Of a stretch of 64,000 bases of DNA, positions 30,139 through 44,392 are shown in pieces; within the stretch, counting starts at the first letter, position 1, and each line of letters begins with the position of its first letter. Where the stretch lies: the NCBI RefSeq assembly GCF_009914755.1, contig NC_060947.1. One strand, written 5' to 3'. The notes under the pieces are model-generated. The model ran no database searches and was not told the origin of the DNA. It saw only the letters and a program-made list of their open reading frames with translations. Source of the stretch: the human T2T-CHM13v2.0 reference genome, Homo sapiens. The translations under genes were made by a program, and so were the position numbers.

Positions 30139-31533
30139 TGCATTAGTTCATTCTCATGCTTCCATAAAGAAATACCCAAGACTAGGTAATTTATAAAGGA
30201 AAGAGTTTTAACTGACTCACAGTTCCGCATGGCTTCGGAGGCCTCAGGAGACTTACAATCATGGTGGAAGGCCCCTCTTCACAGGGTGGCAGGAGAGAGA
30301 ATGAGTGCCAGCAGGGGAAATGCCAGATGCTTATAAAACCATTGGATCTGTTATAAATCACTATCATGAGAATAGCATGAGGGAAACCACCCCCATGATT
30401 CAGTCCTCCACCTGGTCCCACCCCTGACACATGGGGATTATTACAATTCAAGGAGAGATTTGGGTGGGAACACAAAACCAAACCATATCATTCTGACCCT
30501 AGTTCCTCCCAAATCTCATGTTCTCACATTTCAAAACACAATCATGCCCTTCCAATAGTCCCCCAAAGTATTAACTCATTCAAACATTAACCCAGAAGTC
30601 CAAGTCCAAAGTCTCATCTGAGACAAAGCAAGTCCCTTCCACCTATAAGCCTGTAAAATCTAAAGCAAGTTAGTTATTTCCAAGATACAATGGGGGTACA
30701 GGAATTGAGTAAAAATACCCATTCCAAATGGGAGAAGTTGGCCAAAACAAAGGGGCTATAGGCCCATGCAAGTCCAAAATCCAATAGGGCAGTCGTTAAA
30801 GCTTAAAGTTCCAAAATGATCTCCTTAGGCTCCATGTCTCACATCTATCCAGGTCACAATGATGCAAGGGGTGGGCTCCCACAGCCTTGGGCAGCTCTTC
30901 CCCTGTGGCTTTGCAGGATGCAGCCACCCTCACAGCTCTTTTCATGGGCTGGTGTTGAGTGCCAGTGGCTTTTCCAGGTGCATGGTGCAAGCTATTGGTG
31001 GATCTACCATTCTGGGGTCTGGAGGACTATGGCCCTCTTCTCAGAGCTCCACTATACAGTGCCCCAGTGAAGACTCTGTGGGGGAGCTCCAACCCCACAT
31101 TTCCCTTCTGCACTGCCCTAGCAGAGGTTCTCCCTGAGAGCTCTACCCCTGCAGCAGACTTCTGTCTGGACATCCAGGCATTTCCATACATCCTCTGAAA
31201 TCTAGGCAGAGGTTCCCAAACCTCAATTCTTGACTTCTGTGCTCCTGCAAGCCCAACACCATGTGTAAGCTGCCAAAGCTTGGGGATTGCACTCTCTGAA
31301 ACAATGGCCTGAGCTGTATGTTGGCCCCTTTTAGCCACAGCTGAAGCTGAAGCAGCTGGGGACGCAGGGTACCATGTTTCAAGGCTGCAAAGAGCAAGGG
31401 GGGGTGCCTGAGGCCTGGCCCACTAAACCATTTTTTTCCTTCAAGGCCTCCTGGCCTATAATGGGAGAGGCTGCAGTGAAGGTCTCTGACATGCCCTAGA
31501 GACATTCTCCCCATTGTTTTGGTGATTAATATT
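30139..31533 (-). mobile_element. THE1/MST MaLR: 3' LTR (30139-30490) plus truncated internal region
   Basis: LTR ends aaccatatca (reverse complement of TGATATGG). Polypurine tract and MaLR internal sequence are adjacent. Confidence 0.92.
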
Positions 31534-31534
31534 T

Positions 31535-31860
31535 GTAGTGATAGGAATATTCTATATCTTGAAAGGAGTTTCTGTTACATGGTGCACGCATTTGTCAATA
31601 CACATGAATTGATATACCTAACAGGTTTGTATATGATACAGTATATAATTTTAGCTCCATTTCTCCCCCAAGAAATATAGAAATATTAAACTCTACTTCC
31701 TGATATGCATGATAAAGGGTTTAAAGATGAAGTGCATTGATGTCTGTAACTTATTTTGAAATGCAAAAAAATAATTATTTTATAGATAAGAGCATTAATT
31801 GATGGATATATTTTCATAATGAAATGTTGGGGGAAATACTTGGAAGTGAATATAATCAAC
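31535..31860 (+). mobile_element. L1ME-like 3' fragment
   Basis: gatgtctgtaacttattttgaaatgc motif. Confidence 0.55.
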
Positions 31861-32094
31861 TAACTTGCAACCGTAAGTTGGAGATTGTATCAAATTTGTT
31901 AGAGGTGTGGACCAAGCCAAATTAAATTGTAACTATAAGTTTTTTAAAATTTGTGTTGAGCTAAATTGTAAGGTAAACTGAAAGAAGCTGTGTAAAAGAA
32001 CCAAGGATCATCATGGTAAAGAGAATGAACATGAGGTGTGTGTGTCTGTGCATGCACACATGTGTGTGAGAGAAAAAGAGAGTGAGAAGGGGAT

Positions 32095-32403
32095 AGCTGG
32101 GCACAGTGACTCACAATTGGTATCCTCAGGACTTGGGAGGTGGAGGTGGGAGGACCACATGATGCCAGGAGTTCAAGACCCACCTGGGCAACATAGTGAG
32201 ACCCCATCTCTACAAAAAATGTAAAAATATTAGCTGGGCATGGTGGCACACGCCTTGTAGTCCCAGCTACTTGGGAGGCTGAAGTGGGAGGATCACTTGA
32301 CCCAAGAAATTCGAGGCTGCAGTGAGCTGCGATTGTGCCACTGTAATCCATCCTGGGTGACAGAGTGAGACCTCAACCCCAGAGAGAGAGAGAGAGAGAG
32401 AGA
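32095..32403 (+). mobile_element. AluJ with (AG)n tail
   Basis: cctgggcaacatagtgagacc, gaggctgcagtgagct. Confidence 0.92.
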
Positions 32404-33804
32404 ATATTTTAAATTATTTTGTAAAACTCAACAATTCCAAAATAAACTTTATTCAAGGAAAAAAATAATTAAAATATGCATTTTAGATATTGGGGTGATG
32501 TCAGCAAGATGGCAGAACAGGAATTTTCTCCTGTCATTTCCCCACTATCTACAATTTTGACAACCACTCAAGTATGAGAGTACCTTTGTGGGAGTCTGGT
32601 AGTCCAGCTCACAGATGGAGCAAAACAATTACGAGAATAGGCACATTGAAAAGAACCAGAAAATAGTTTCACTACTTATGTCAACCGTCTCTCAAGCTAG
32701 CAGAACTCAACACCAAGAGATACAACTTTGACTCATGATTTCTCCATTGGGTGAAAGGGAGAGTGTAGTAAATGAATGCCTGGCTTTCCTAGCCACGTGG
32801 GACACTGACCAAGAGGCCTACTTCTTTCTATCCCCACTCAGAATACTGAGGGGATCATCATGTCTGAGTGACTGAGAGGCTGTGAGCAGGGAACAGCGGT
32901 AGGGGCTCACAGCAACCAGAGACTGGAAATTCAACAAAAGGACACATATACTACTAACAACTTCACAGACTCCATCAGGAGGCCCACCCACTAGTGGCTT
33001 GGGATGCCTGAACTGTAAACCCCCGAAGCTGACACATGGGTGCTCCCAAAACTTTGCATGTCTCCCTCTCTCCTCTACCTTGGCTTGCTCCCTGCACACG
33101 GCCCAAACCCTGACAGCGAGTGTGAACTTGTGTGCATGCAGAAGCAGGCAGCTTGACTCTGTGGGAATGGGAGAAGGCACAAAAACTTGAGCACTTCAGG
33201 GCACCACGTTAGAGAAAACAAATGGGAAACTCTCAGAATTTGGTTTGGTTTTATGAAATTAAGAAAATACAGATGATCTTAAAATTTCTCAAAAAGAGCT
33301 TGAGTGACACATCTACAGAAAAGATGTGCAAGAGTCTTAGTATCCCCAGTCAGGCTAACTGGTATAACTGTTTCTCTTCTGAAGCCAGTCAGTATAGGCT
33401 GAAGGAGGAGACTACTTCTTCAAATGTGAACATGGCAACACGAGATTTCAAGGAACACCTGCCAAAAACAACACAAAAATAATACCACCGAAGAAACTCA
33501 GTAATTTTCCAGTTGCCAACAAAAAAAAATGGAGATCTACAAATTTCCTGACAAAATATTAAAAATAATTGTTTTAAATAAGCTTGGGTTGCTACATGAG
33601 AACACAGACAAAGAAGTCAGTAGAATCAGGAAAACAATGTATGACCAAAATAATAAGTTCAACAAAGAGATAGAAACTGTGAAAAACAAACAAACAAACA
33701 AACAAACAAATTCTGAAGCTGAAGAATACAATGAATAAAATTAAAAAAGTAACAGAAAACATCCACAGCATACTCAATCAAATGAAAGAAATAATGAAGT
33801 CAAA

Positions 33805-34940
33805 GCATTAGGAGAAACACTTAATATAGATGACGGGTTGATGGGTGCAGCAAACCACCATGGCACGTGCATACCTATGTAACAAACCTGCACATTCTGC
33901 ACATGTACCCCAGAACTTCAAGTATAATATAAAAAGAAAGAAAGACAGAAACTATCACAGTGAACATGCAACCTACAGAGTGGGAGAAAATTTTTGCAAT
34001 CTATCCATCTGACAACGGTCTAATATCCAGAATCTACAAGGAATTTAAGCAAATATACAAGAAAAAAAAAACCGCATCAAAAAGTGGGCAAAGGACATGA
34101 ACAGACACTTCTCAAAAAAAGACATTCATGAGGCCAACGAACATATGAAAAAAGTTCAACATCACTGATCATTAAAGAAATGCAAATCAGAACCACAAGG
34201 AGATACCATCTCATGCCAGTCACAATGGTGATTATTAAAAAGTCAAAAAATGACAGATGCTGGCAAGGTTGCAGAGAAATAGGAACACTTTTACACTGCT
34301 GGTGGGAAAGTAAATTAGTTCAAACATTGTGGAAGACAGTGTGGTGATTTCTCCGAGATCTAGAACCAGAAATAACATTTGACCCAGCAATCCCATTACT
34401 AGGTATATACCCAAAGGAATATAAATCATTCTATTACAAAGATACATGCACGCATATGTTCACTGCAGCACTGTTCAAAAGAGCAAAGATGTGGAATCAA
34501 CCCAAATGCCCATCAATGATACAGTGGATAAAGAAAATGTGGCACATATACACCATGGGATACTATGCAGCCATAAAAAGGAATGAGATCATGTCATTTT
34601 CAGGGACACACATGGCGCTGGAAGCCATTATTCTTAGCAAGCTATTGCAGGAACAGAAAACCAAACACTGCGTATTCTCACTTATAAGTGAGAGCTGAAC
34701 ATGAGAACACATGGACACAGGGAGGGGAACAATACACACTGGGGCCTGTCAAGGGGGGTGGGGTGTGGGGAGAGATACTATTAGGAAAAATAGCTAATGC
34801 ATGCTTGGCTGAACACCTCAGTGATGGGTTGAAGGTGCAGCAAACCACCATGGCACATGTTTACCTATGTAACAAACCTGCATATCCTGCACATGTACCC
34901 TGGAACTTAAAATAAAAATAAAAATTATTAAAAAAAAAGA
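33805..34940 (+). mobile_element. Two tandem L1PA 3' ends (33805-33943 and 33944-34940)
   Basis: Two separate L1PA 3' termini with A-tails. ORF2 C-terminus at 34456-34698. Confidence 0.9.
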
Positions 34941-37881
34941 AATCAAACCATAGTACTACAGGAAAATCATCAATCACAAAGAAAGACAGCAAGAGAGGAA
35001 GAAAGAAACAAAAAAACTTACAAAACAGCTGAAAAACATTTAACAAAGTAGCAATAGTATGTCTTTACCTATAAATAATTAATTTTAATGTAAGTAGATT
35101 AAATTCTCTAATCAAAAGACAGTGAGTGGCTGAATGGATGAAAAAGGAAGAACTAAGTACTTGCTATCTATAAGATAGTCACTTTAGCTGCAAGGACACG
35201 TATAAACTGAAAGTGAAGAGATTAAAAAGATATTGCATGTAAATAGAAACCAGAAAGAAGCAGAGACACCTATACTATATCAGACAAAACAGACTTAAAG
35301 TCACAAACTGTAACAAGAGACAAAGAATGCCATTATATAAAAATAAATGAGTCAATTCATCAACAAGATGCAATTTTGAATATATACACACCCAACATTG
35401 GATCACCTAAATATATAAAGCAGGTATTAATAGATATGAACAGGAAATATAGACTGTAATAGTATAGTAGTAGAAGACTTTGATACCCAGCTTTCAACAA
35501 TGGACAGATCACCCAGACAGAAAATCAATAGGGAATTGACTTGAACTACACTTTAGACCAAATGGACCTAACAGATACAAAACATTCCCTCCAAAAGCAA
35601 TAGAATGTACATTCGTCCCAAGTAATTGCGCAGGTACATTTTGAAGATACATCAACTGTTAGGCCACAAAACAAGTGTTAACAAAACTAAGAAGATTGAA
35701 ATCATACCAAATATCTTTTCTGACCACAATGCTAAGAAACTGGAAATCAGTAAAGGGAGGAAAACTGTAAAATTAAACAATACACTCCTAAATAGCCAAA
35801 GAATCAAAGAGCAAATCAAAAGAAAAATTTAAAAAACTTGAGACAAACAAAAGTGGAAAAACAACATACCAAAATATATGGGATGCAGCAAAAGGCATTT
35901 CTAAGAAGGAAGTTTATAGTGATAAATGCCTACATTAAGAAAAAAAAAATCAAATAAACGACCTAACTTTACACCTCAAGGAACTATAAAAGAACCATAA
36001 ACTAATCCCAAAGTCGGAAGAAGGAATGAAGTAAATATCAGAACAGAAAAAAGTGAAATAGAAACTAGAAAAATAAAAAAGAGCAATAAAACTGAGTTGT
36101 TTTTTGAAAAGATTAAAAAACAGACAAGCCTTTAGCTAGAGTAACTGAGAGTGAAAGAGAAAAGACATAAACAAATAAAATCAGAAATGAAAGAGAAGAC
36201 ATTACAACTGATACCATAGAAATATAAATGATCATTAGAGACTATTATGAACAATTATACACAAGTTGGGTAATCTAGAAGAAACAGATAAATTTCTAGA
36301 AACATACCACAACCTAGCAAGACTGAATCATGAATAGAGAATCTGTAGAGAGCAATAATGAAAAAGAATATTGAATCAGCAATTTTTTAAAAAAGAACTT
36401 CCCAACAAAGTAAAGCCCAGAACCAGATGGCTTCAGTGGTGAATTCTACCCAACATTTAAAGAAAATCTAATATCAATCCTTCTCAAATCTTCCAAAAAA
36501 AAAAGAAGAGTGAGGAACACTTCTAAACTCATTTTTCTATGAAACCAGCATTATTCTCCTACCAAAGCCAGGCAAGGACACTACAAGAAAAAAAAGGAAT
36601 ACAGTCCCAAATCCCTGTTGAACATAGATGCAAAAATCCACAACAAAATACTAGCTAAAAGAACTTAACATCACATTAAAAAGATCATTCACCATAATCA
36701 AGTGAGAGTTATCCCTGGGATAAAAGGATGGCTCAACATACTCAAATCAATAAATATGAACAATAAGACAATGAAGGATAATAATCATATGATCATTTTA
36801 ACAGATACAGAAAAGGCATTTGAAAAAAAATCAACACCCTTTCATGATGAAAACATTCAAAACATTAGGTAGAGAAGGAATATCCCTAAATATAACAAAG
36901 GCCATATATATGACAAACTCACATCTAACGTGATAGTCAGTAGTGAAATGCTGAAAGCTTTTCTTCTGAAATCAGGATGAAGAAGAGAATGCTCACTCTT
37001 GCCACTTCTATTCCACATGGTACTTGAAGTTCTGCTTAGAGCAATAAGTCGAGAAAAAGAAATAAAATGCATGCAAATCAGGACGGAAGAAGTAAAATGG
37101 TCTGTTTCAAATCACATGCTCTTCAATACAGAAACCCAATGACTCCAACAGAAAAATGTTAGAAGTGATAAATAAATTCAGTGAAGTTGTAAAGATTTTT
37201 GGGGACTTATGTGGTGCCATATGAATTTTAGAATTTTTTTTTATTTCTGTAAAAGATTCGATTAAGATTTTGATAGGGCTTGCATTGACTCTGTAGATCA
37301 CTTTAGTTAGTATTAACATTTCTGTAATATTAATTCTTCCAATCTATGAACAAAGGGATCTGTTCCATTTGTCTTCTTCAATTACTTTCATCAATATTTT
37401 ATAGTTTTTAATATAAAGATCTTTCACCTCCTTTGCTAAATTTATTTCTAAGTATTTTTTTGCAATTGCAAATGGGATTGTGTTCTTTATTTTTTGGATA
37501 GTTCATTGTTCGTGTGAAGAAACAACTGATTTTTATGTTGATTTTTTTATCAACATTGGTGAATTCTACCCAAGTGAAATTGGTGAAATCCCACTTGATT
37601 ATGGTGAATGATCCTTTAAATGTGATGTTAAGTTCTTTTAGCTAGTATTTTGTTGTGGATTTTTGCATCTATGTTCAACAGGGATTTGGGCCTGTAATTT
37701 TTTTTCTTGTAGTGTCCTTGTCTGGAATGGTATGAGAATAATGCTGGCTTCATAAAATGAGTTTGGAAGTGCTCCTTCCTCTTCATTTTTTTGGAAGATT
37801 TTGAGAAGGATTGGTATTAGTTTTTCCTCAAATGTTGGGTGGAATTCACCAATGTTGATACAAAATCAACATAAAAAATCA

Positions 37882-38252
<371 letters not shown>

Positions 38253-39031
38253 TTAGAAAAACAATCCCATTTGCAATTGCATCAAAAAGGAAAATGTACT
38301 TAGGAATAAGTTTAACCAAGGAGGTGAAAAATCTGTACATTAAAAACTATAAGATACTGATGAAAGGAATTGAAGAAGAGAAATAAGTGCAACAGTATCC
38401 TGTGTTCATAGTTTGGAAGAATTAATTTTGCAAAAATGTTGATACTAACCAAAGTGATCTACAGAGTCAATGCAAGCACTATCAAAATCTTAATATAATT
38501 TTTTACAGAAATAGAAAAAAAATTCTTAAAACCTTATGGAACCACCTAAGTCCCCAAAGATCTAAAACAATCTTGAGAAAGAAGTTTAGAACATTTCCTG
38601 ATTTCAAATTATATTGTAAAGCTATAGTAATCAAAACAGTATGGTATTGGCATAGAAGCAGACACATAGACCAATGGAACAGAATAGAAAGCCAAGAAAC
38701 AAATCCACACATATATGATCAACAAATCTTCAACAAAGGCACTAAAAACACATCATGGGGAAATATAGTCCATTCAATAAATCGTATTTTAAACATTGAA
38801 TATCCAAATACAAAATAATGAAATTGGACCTTTATCCTATACCATACACAAAAATCAACTCAAAATCGATTAAAAACTTAAACATAAGACCTAAAATTGT
38901 AAAATTACTAGAATAAGAAATAATGTCTATGGCATTGGTCTTGGCAATAACTTTTTTGGCTGTAACACCAAAAGCACATGCAACAAAGTAAAAATAAACA
39001 AGTCAGACTACATTAAATTAAAAAGTTTCAA

Positions 39032-39288
39032 AGCCAGGCATGGTGGCCCATGCCTCTAATCCTAACACTTTGGGAGGTCCCAAGGTGGGCAAGATGGCTT
39101 GAGCCCAGGAGTTTTAGACCAGCCTGGGCAACAGGGTGAAACTCCATCTCTACTAAAAATACAAAAACTGAGGTGGGAGGATCACCTGATCCTGGGGAGG
39201 TCAAGGCTGTGGTGAGACATGATCACACCACTGCACTCCAGCCTGGGTGACAGAGTGAGACACTGTTTCAAAAAATAAAATAAAAAAA
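39032..39288 (+). mobile_element. AluJ with internal deletion
   Basis: The mid A-rich linker joins directly to ctgaggtggg. Confidence 0.9.
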
Positions 39289-39895
39289 TTATCTGCCCAG
39301 CAAAGGAAATAATCGACAAAACGAAAAGGCAACCTGCAGAATAGGAGAAAATATTTGCAAACCATATTTCTCATAAGGGGTTAATATCCAAAATATATAA
39401 GGAACTCATACAAGTCAATAGCAAAAATACAAGTAAACTGTATTTTGAAAAATGGACCAAGGAGCTGAATAGACATCTCTCCAAGGAAGACATACAAATG
39501 GCCAACATATATCTGAAAAGGTACTTAACATCATTAATCATAAGGGAAATGCAAATCAAAACCACAATGTAATATCACACATGTTATTAATAGGAATAAT
39601 ATTATCCAAAACTTAAAAGATAATGTGTTGGCAAGGAGGTATTCTTGTACACTGTTTATGGGAATGTAAATTAGTAAGCCATTATGTAAAACAGTATGGA
39701 GATCCTCATAAAAGTAAAAATAGAACTACTGTATGATCCAGCATTCCCACTTCTGGTTATATATCCAAAGGAAATTAAATCAGTATGCCAAACAGACATC
39801 TGCACTCCCATTCATTCCCATTGCACCATTATTCACAATAGATAAGTTATGGAACAACCTAAGTGCCCACGGACAGATGAATGAAGAAAGAAAAT

Positions 39896-40022
39896 TATAT
39901 ATATATACATATATATATATAATATATATATATACATATATATATATAATATAATATATATACATATATATATATAATATATATATATACATATATATAT
40001 ATAATATAATATATATATATAT
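39896..40022. repeat. Interrupted (TA)n microsatellite, ~125 bp
   Basis: Seen directly; four tacatatatatatataat-type units. Confidence 0.97.
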
Positions 40023-40719
40023 CTTAGCCATATAAAGAGGGAGCTCCTTCCATTTACATAAACATGGATGAAACTTCAGAGCACGTTGAAATAAGCAAAC
40101 TAAGTGAAATAAGCCAGATGAAAAAAGAAAAAAATGCTACATGACATCCTTTGTATAAAAAGAATCTTAAAAAGTTGAACTAATGGAAACAGAGAGTTGA
40201 ATGGTGGTTACCAGGGTCTAGGGGGTGAGGTAACGTGGAGCTGTAAAAAAAATTATTTTAATTTTTCACCTTTATATACCATTTCGGTTGTTCGTAGTAA
40301 TTATGTTACCTTAAAAAAATAAAATGTGCACTTTAGATGGGAAGATGTTGTTAGAACATAATTTTGCTGATTTTTTTCTGATATGATTGTACTGGTCAAA
40401 CTGCCCCTATAACTTGAGGAATTCCTTTTTGAGCAGGCAAAATACAGATTGTTCAACAGACGAAAAGGAGGAATTAGTAGGGCAATCTTCTATAGCCTAA
40501 TAGGCAAGGTTGTGAATCATACTTTGCTCAGAGTCTATTTTCTTTCTTTCATTTTGTCTACTGATGAGAATAAATTACTCATTAGGTTTCTACAAAACAT
40601 GTAGAGCAACTCCATTTCAGAGATGCTCAAATAATACAGGCCTAAGTGGCTCATAATGTTTTTCTGGTAATGAGGTATGATGGAATGAGGCACTGTAGAA
40701 AGATTGCTCCTTTCCCAGA

Positions 40720-41100
40720 CATCACTTGCATACCAGGGGCTCTGCCCCTCATTGTCCAGCTACACTAGGCTAATTAATATTTTAGAGATACCCAGTGCTA
40801 TTTCATGTGCCTTTCATGTGAAGCTCTATGCCTTCACTTATACTATTCTGTTCTGTTTTGTTTTATGTGACACAGAGCGTCTACACTTCCCTTCTGGCTG
40901 TTGAATTCCTACTCATCTTTTAAGACTCCACTGAAACATTAACTCTTCTTTGAAAATGTTTAAATTTCCCTAATCAAAAATTTTTCCTCCATTGTATTTT
41001 TTACATCACAGCATTTATTGCAATCTAAGTGTGATGCTTGCATGTCTATCTACCACTTTACACTGAGAGTTTGTAGAAAGATCATGCAAATTCCGCTTTT
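40720..41100 (+). mobile_element. Degenerate L2 fragment
   Basis: gaattcctactcatctttaagactc...cactgagagttt. Confidence 0.55.
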
Positions 41101-41201
41101 AGTACAGTTAGCCTTGCAGGTGACTCCAAGGAACTTTGAAGCTCTCTTTACCAAAACTTCCCTAAGAACAGCAACATGACTTGTTTATTTAGTGTCCTGC
41201 T

Positions 41202-41240
41202 ACACACACACACAGACACAGACACACACACACGCACACA
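41202..41240. repeat. (CA)n imperfect microsatellite
   Basis: Seen directly. Confidence 0.9.
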
Positions 41241-42077
41241 GAAACAATAGGGTAGTGTTTGTTCTGTGTATATCTGGCACTAAATATGTTGGTAAATATA
41301 TTGGTGGTGTATTTTGAAACGTTCTTAAGACCCATGAAAGTCAAATATTGTTCAAGCTGTTTTATTCAGCTGTTTTACATTAAGAAGAAAACTATAGTAT
41401 AGCCAGACTTGGAGAACTAATTCATTCTGGTTTTGAAATTTTCGAGGAAGAAAATAACACTTGGATGGTAATCATCCAGTTTGTCCCAGGGTATTAGTGA
41501 CAGAGAGGTTTCCATATGTGAAGAACATAAAACTGAATAGTTACTTGCAATTGGAGTTCCACTTTATTAATCGCAGTAAGGAAAGAAAAATTCTCTGTTA
41601 CTAAACCCCAGAATATCTTTTTCTACAAAATTGACACAGTTTCAATCCATTTATCTTTGTGTGAATGCTTTATCCAGGCCTCAGTAATGTGCTGTGAAGC
41701 GCTGACAGTATTTAAGGTCATAAATATCTACTGTGCCAACAAGCTGAGTGATTGACTCAAAAGGAGCTGAGATTTTACTCAATCATTATCCCATACGTTT
41801 CTCTTACTCTAATTGCTAACTTTACACAGCATTAAAAACAAATTATTAAGAGCGTACACATTATTACAGTACAAAATATGTAGATATGCTAACATGTTGT
41901 AGGGCAAACCTGGGCAATACTATTTAGTGTGTGTGTCATAGCTGAAAGGATAGCTTCTGAAGCCAGAGAGCCACATGGATTTTGAACTTGACTGCTCCAT
42001 TCTCCCAACTGAATAGACATATGATCAACCTCCCAGAGGAAGACAGCAGCTCTGAGTTCTTTTGGAGGCCCATCTAG

Positions 42078-42087
42078 TGTGTGTGTG

Positions 42088-42125
<38 letters not shown>

Positions 42126-42145
42126 TGTGTGTGTGTGTGTGTGTG
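42078..42145. repeat. (TG)n microsatellite with gcgc interruption
   Basis: Seen directly. Confidence 0.97.
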
Positions 42146-43858
42146 AAGTGTTTGTACAAAAGAGAAATAGGCAGTGTTTGTAACAAAAACTAATATAAAA
42201 TGAGAAACTGAATTGACATTTGGTTAGTTTACAATTCTAAAACTGAAAATCATCCACATTGTGTGTTCTAGAAAGACTTCCTGCATTGTGACAGAATTGC
42301 AACTGTTACAAACTTCTTCCAGTATGCCCACATAGAAATTGGAAAATCCCCAAAATGATGCCATGTATTATACTTGTCTGCATTCTTTATTACGGTAAAT
42401 GTGATGAGAAATACAAGATACTTGTACTCATGTGATATTAGCAAAAGGGTTCATTAATTTGTCATAGATTATTGTTCTCTGTGCAACAAATTCAAACCAA
42501 CCTCTAAAGAGTAACAGTGTTTAAAGATTACAAAGGCCCAGAAAATGTGATGGTTCATGAAAGAGTAACTTCCAAAATTCCTCTAAGCTGGGATTTTTTT
42601 TCATTCTCTCTCTCTCTGTTTCTTGGAGATAAAGAGCAGTCCAGAATTAGAGACATGTTCTTTTCAGTATACTATTACTTGTAGCATTCTCAATCGTGTG
42701 AAACCATGAGACCACATCTTTGTGGACAGAGCAATAAAAGTTATGAAAAGCTGTCTTTGTAAATATGGTTAAGAATTTGAAGGGTACTAGTGGCCTGACC
42801 TAGCTATACTTTGCTAATTGTTTTATAATTGGAAATGGTCATCTATTATACCACTGCCATATCCCTGTACAGATTTTTGTACTGACAATCACAGCCCTGC
42901 TGTAATCAATTTCTAAAGTGAGAAAATGGCTTTGAATAGAGGTTGAAAGGATTTTCAGAAACAATAGAAAAAAGCGTAGATTGTCTTGCAGAGATTGTTA
43001 AAGACTCTGCCAGTGAAGGCACATTTCAATTTTACCCATGAATGACATCGCATCTAAATGAGGCTTCTAAGACACATTCGTATGAAATTTGTTGAAAATG
43101 GTTATCAGTTCTGATCCCACCACCCCTTATCCACAGCATAGTTATGGTCAGCTGATGTAGATGAAGAGATATTCATTTTCCCTCATATGTTCATTTGGAC
43201 AATGGATGCTTGGTAAAGTTAAATCCATGTAGCTAAGGTCTTTGAAAAACTCTTCGGTGAGCTTGACTGGCTTAAAACTGGAACAAATGTACTGGTTAGG
43301 GAGGGGAGGAGTGCCACAGATCACTTCCCTCTCAGTCCTTTAAGGATTCCATGGCAATGAGCATGTCCTCTCTTTGGATACAAACAAAACTCCTGGGAGG
43401 GGGAATTGGAGCCTGTTTTGCTTTTAAAAAGTTGCAAAAAGCCTGAAGAAAGTGTTGTTTTCTTTTCCATATTCATTCTCAGGCTAAATACAGTATAATG
43501 ATTGAATACACGTTCACAGATGGGGTGGAAAACTGACATTAAGTGCCATGCCATAGAACACTGACATTAAGTGCTGTGGCATAGAACAGTAGGTATCAGA
43601 TTCAGGAGATTCCCAGGCCAAGCTTAAAACAAAAGAAGCATATAAAACACCACAGGTGATTCAGGTACACATAAAAAGCTTGAGGACTACCACTCTACTG
43701 CAATGTTAATAGACGCTCCATGAAAATGTGGCTTTGTGGCCCAATAAGTTTGTCTCAGCATTTGTAAAAGTTAAACAGATTTCTTTAACACAAGACTTTT
43801 CAGAAATTAATTTGCTAATGCACGCTAATCCTGAAGAAAGGAATAGTGTATGCCAGTG

Positions 43859-44209
43859 TGATATGGTTTGGCTCTGTGTCCCCACCTAAATCTCATTTAG
43901 AGTTGTAATCCCAATGTGTTGAGGGAGGGACCTGGTGGGAGGTGATTGGATCCTCGGGGCGGTTTCCCCATGCTGTCTCATATAGTGAGGAAGTTCTCAC
44001 TAAATCTGTTTGATAAGTGGCGCTTTCCCATTCTCTCTCCTGCTGCCACGTGGAAAAGGTCCTTGCTTCCCCTTCATCTTCTGCCATGATGGTAAGTTTC
44101 CTGAGGCCTCCCCAGCCATGCAGAACTGTGAGTCAATTAAACCTCTTTCCTTTATAAATTACCCAGTCTCAGGTAGTATCTTTATAGCAGCGTGAGAATG
44201 AACTAATAC
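43859..44209 (+). mobile_element. MSTA/THE1 solo LTR
   Basis: tgatatggtttggctctgtgtcccc...gaactaatac, with 5-bp TSD cagtg. Confidence 0.93.
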
Positions 44210-44392
44210 CAGTGGTTCTCAAAGTCCCGAGGATCAACAGCCTCAGCATCACCTGGAAACTTGTTAGAAATGCCAAGTTTTGGGCCCACACAAGACTCAC
44301 TCAATCAGAAACTCTGAAGGTGAAGTCCAGTGATCTGAGTCTTACAAGCCTTCCAGGTGATTCTGATGTGAGCTAATATCTGAGACCCAATA
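44210..44392. mobile_element. MER5A (hAT-Charlie MITE)
   Basis: cagtggttctcaaagt...cagcatcacctggaaacttgttagaaatgc...ccaggtgattctgatg. Confidence 0.88.

Noticed and set aside
30796-31514. Cluster of overlapping ORFs
   Set aside because: GC-richer MaLR internal sequence; fragmented remnants or chance ORFs.
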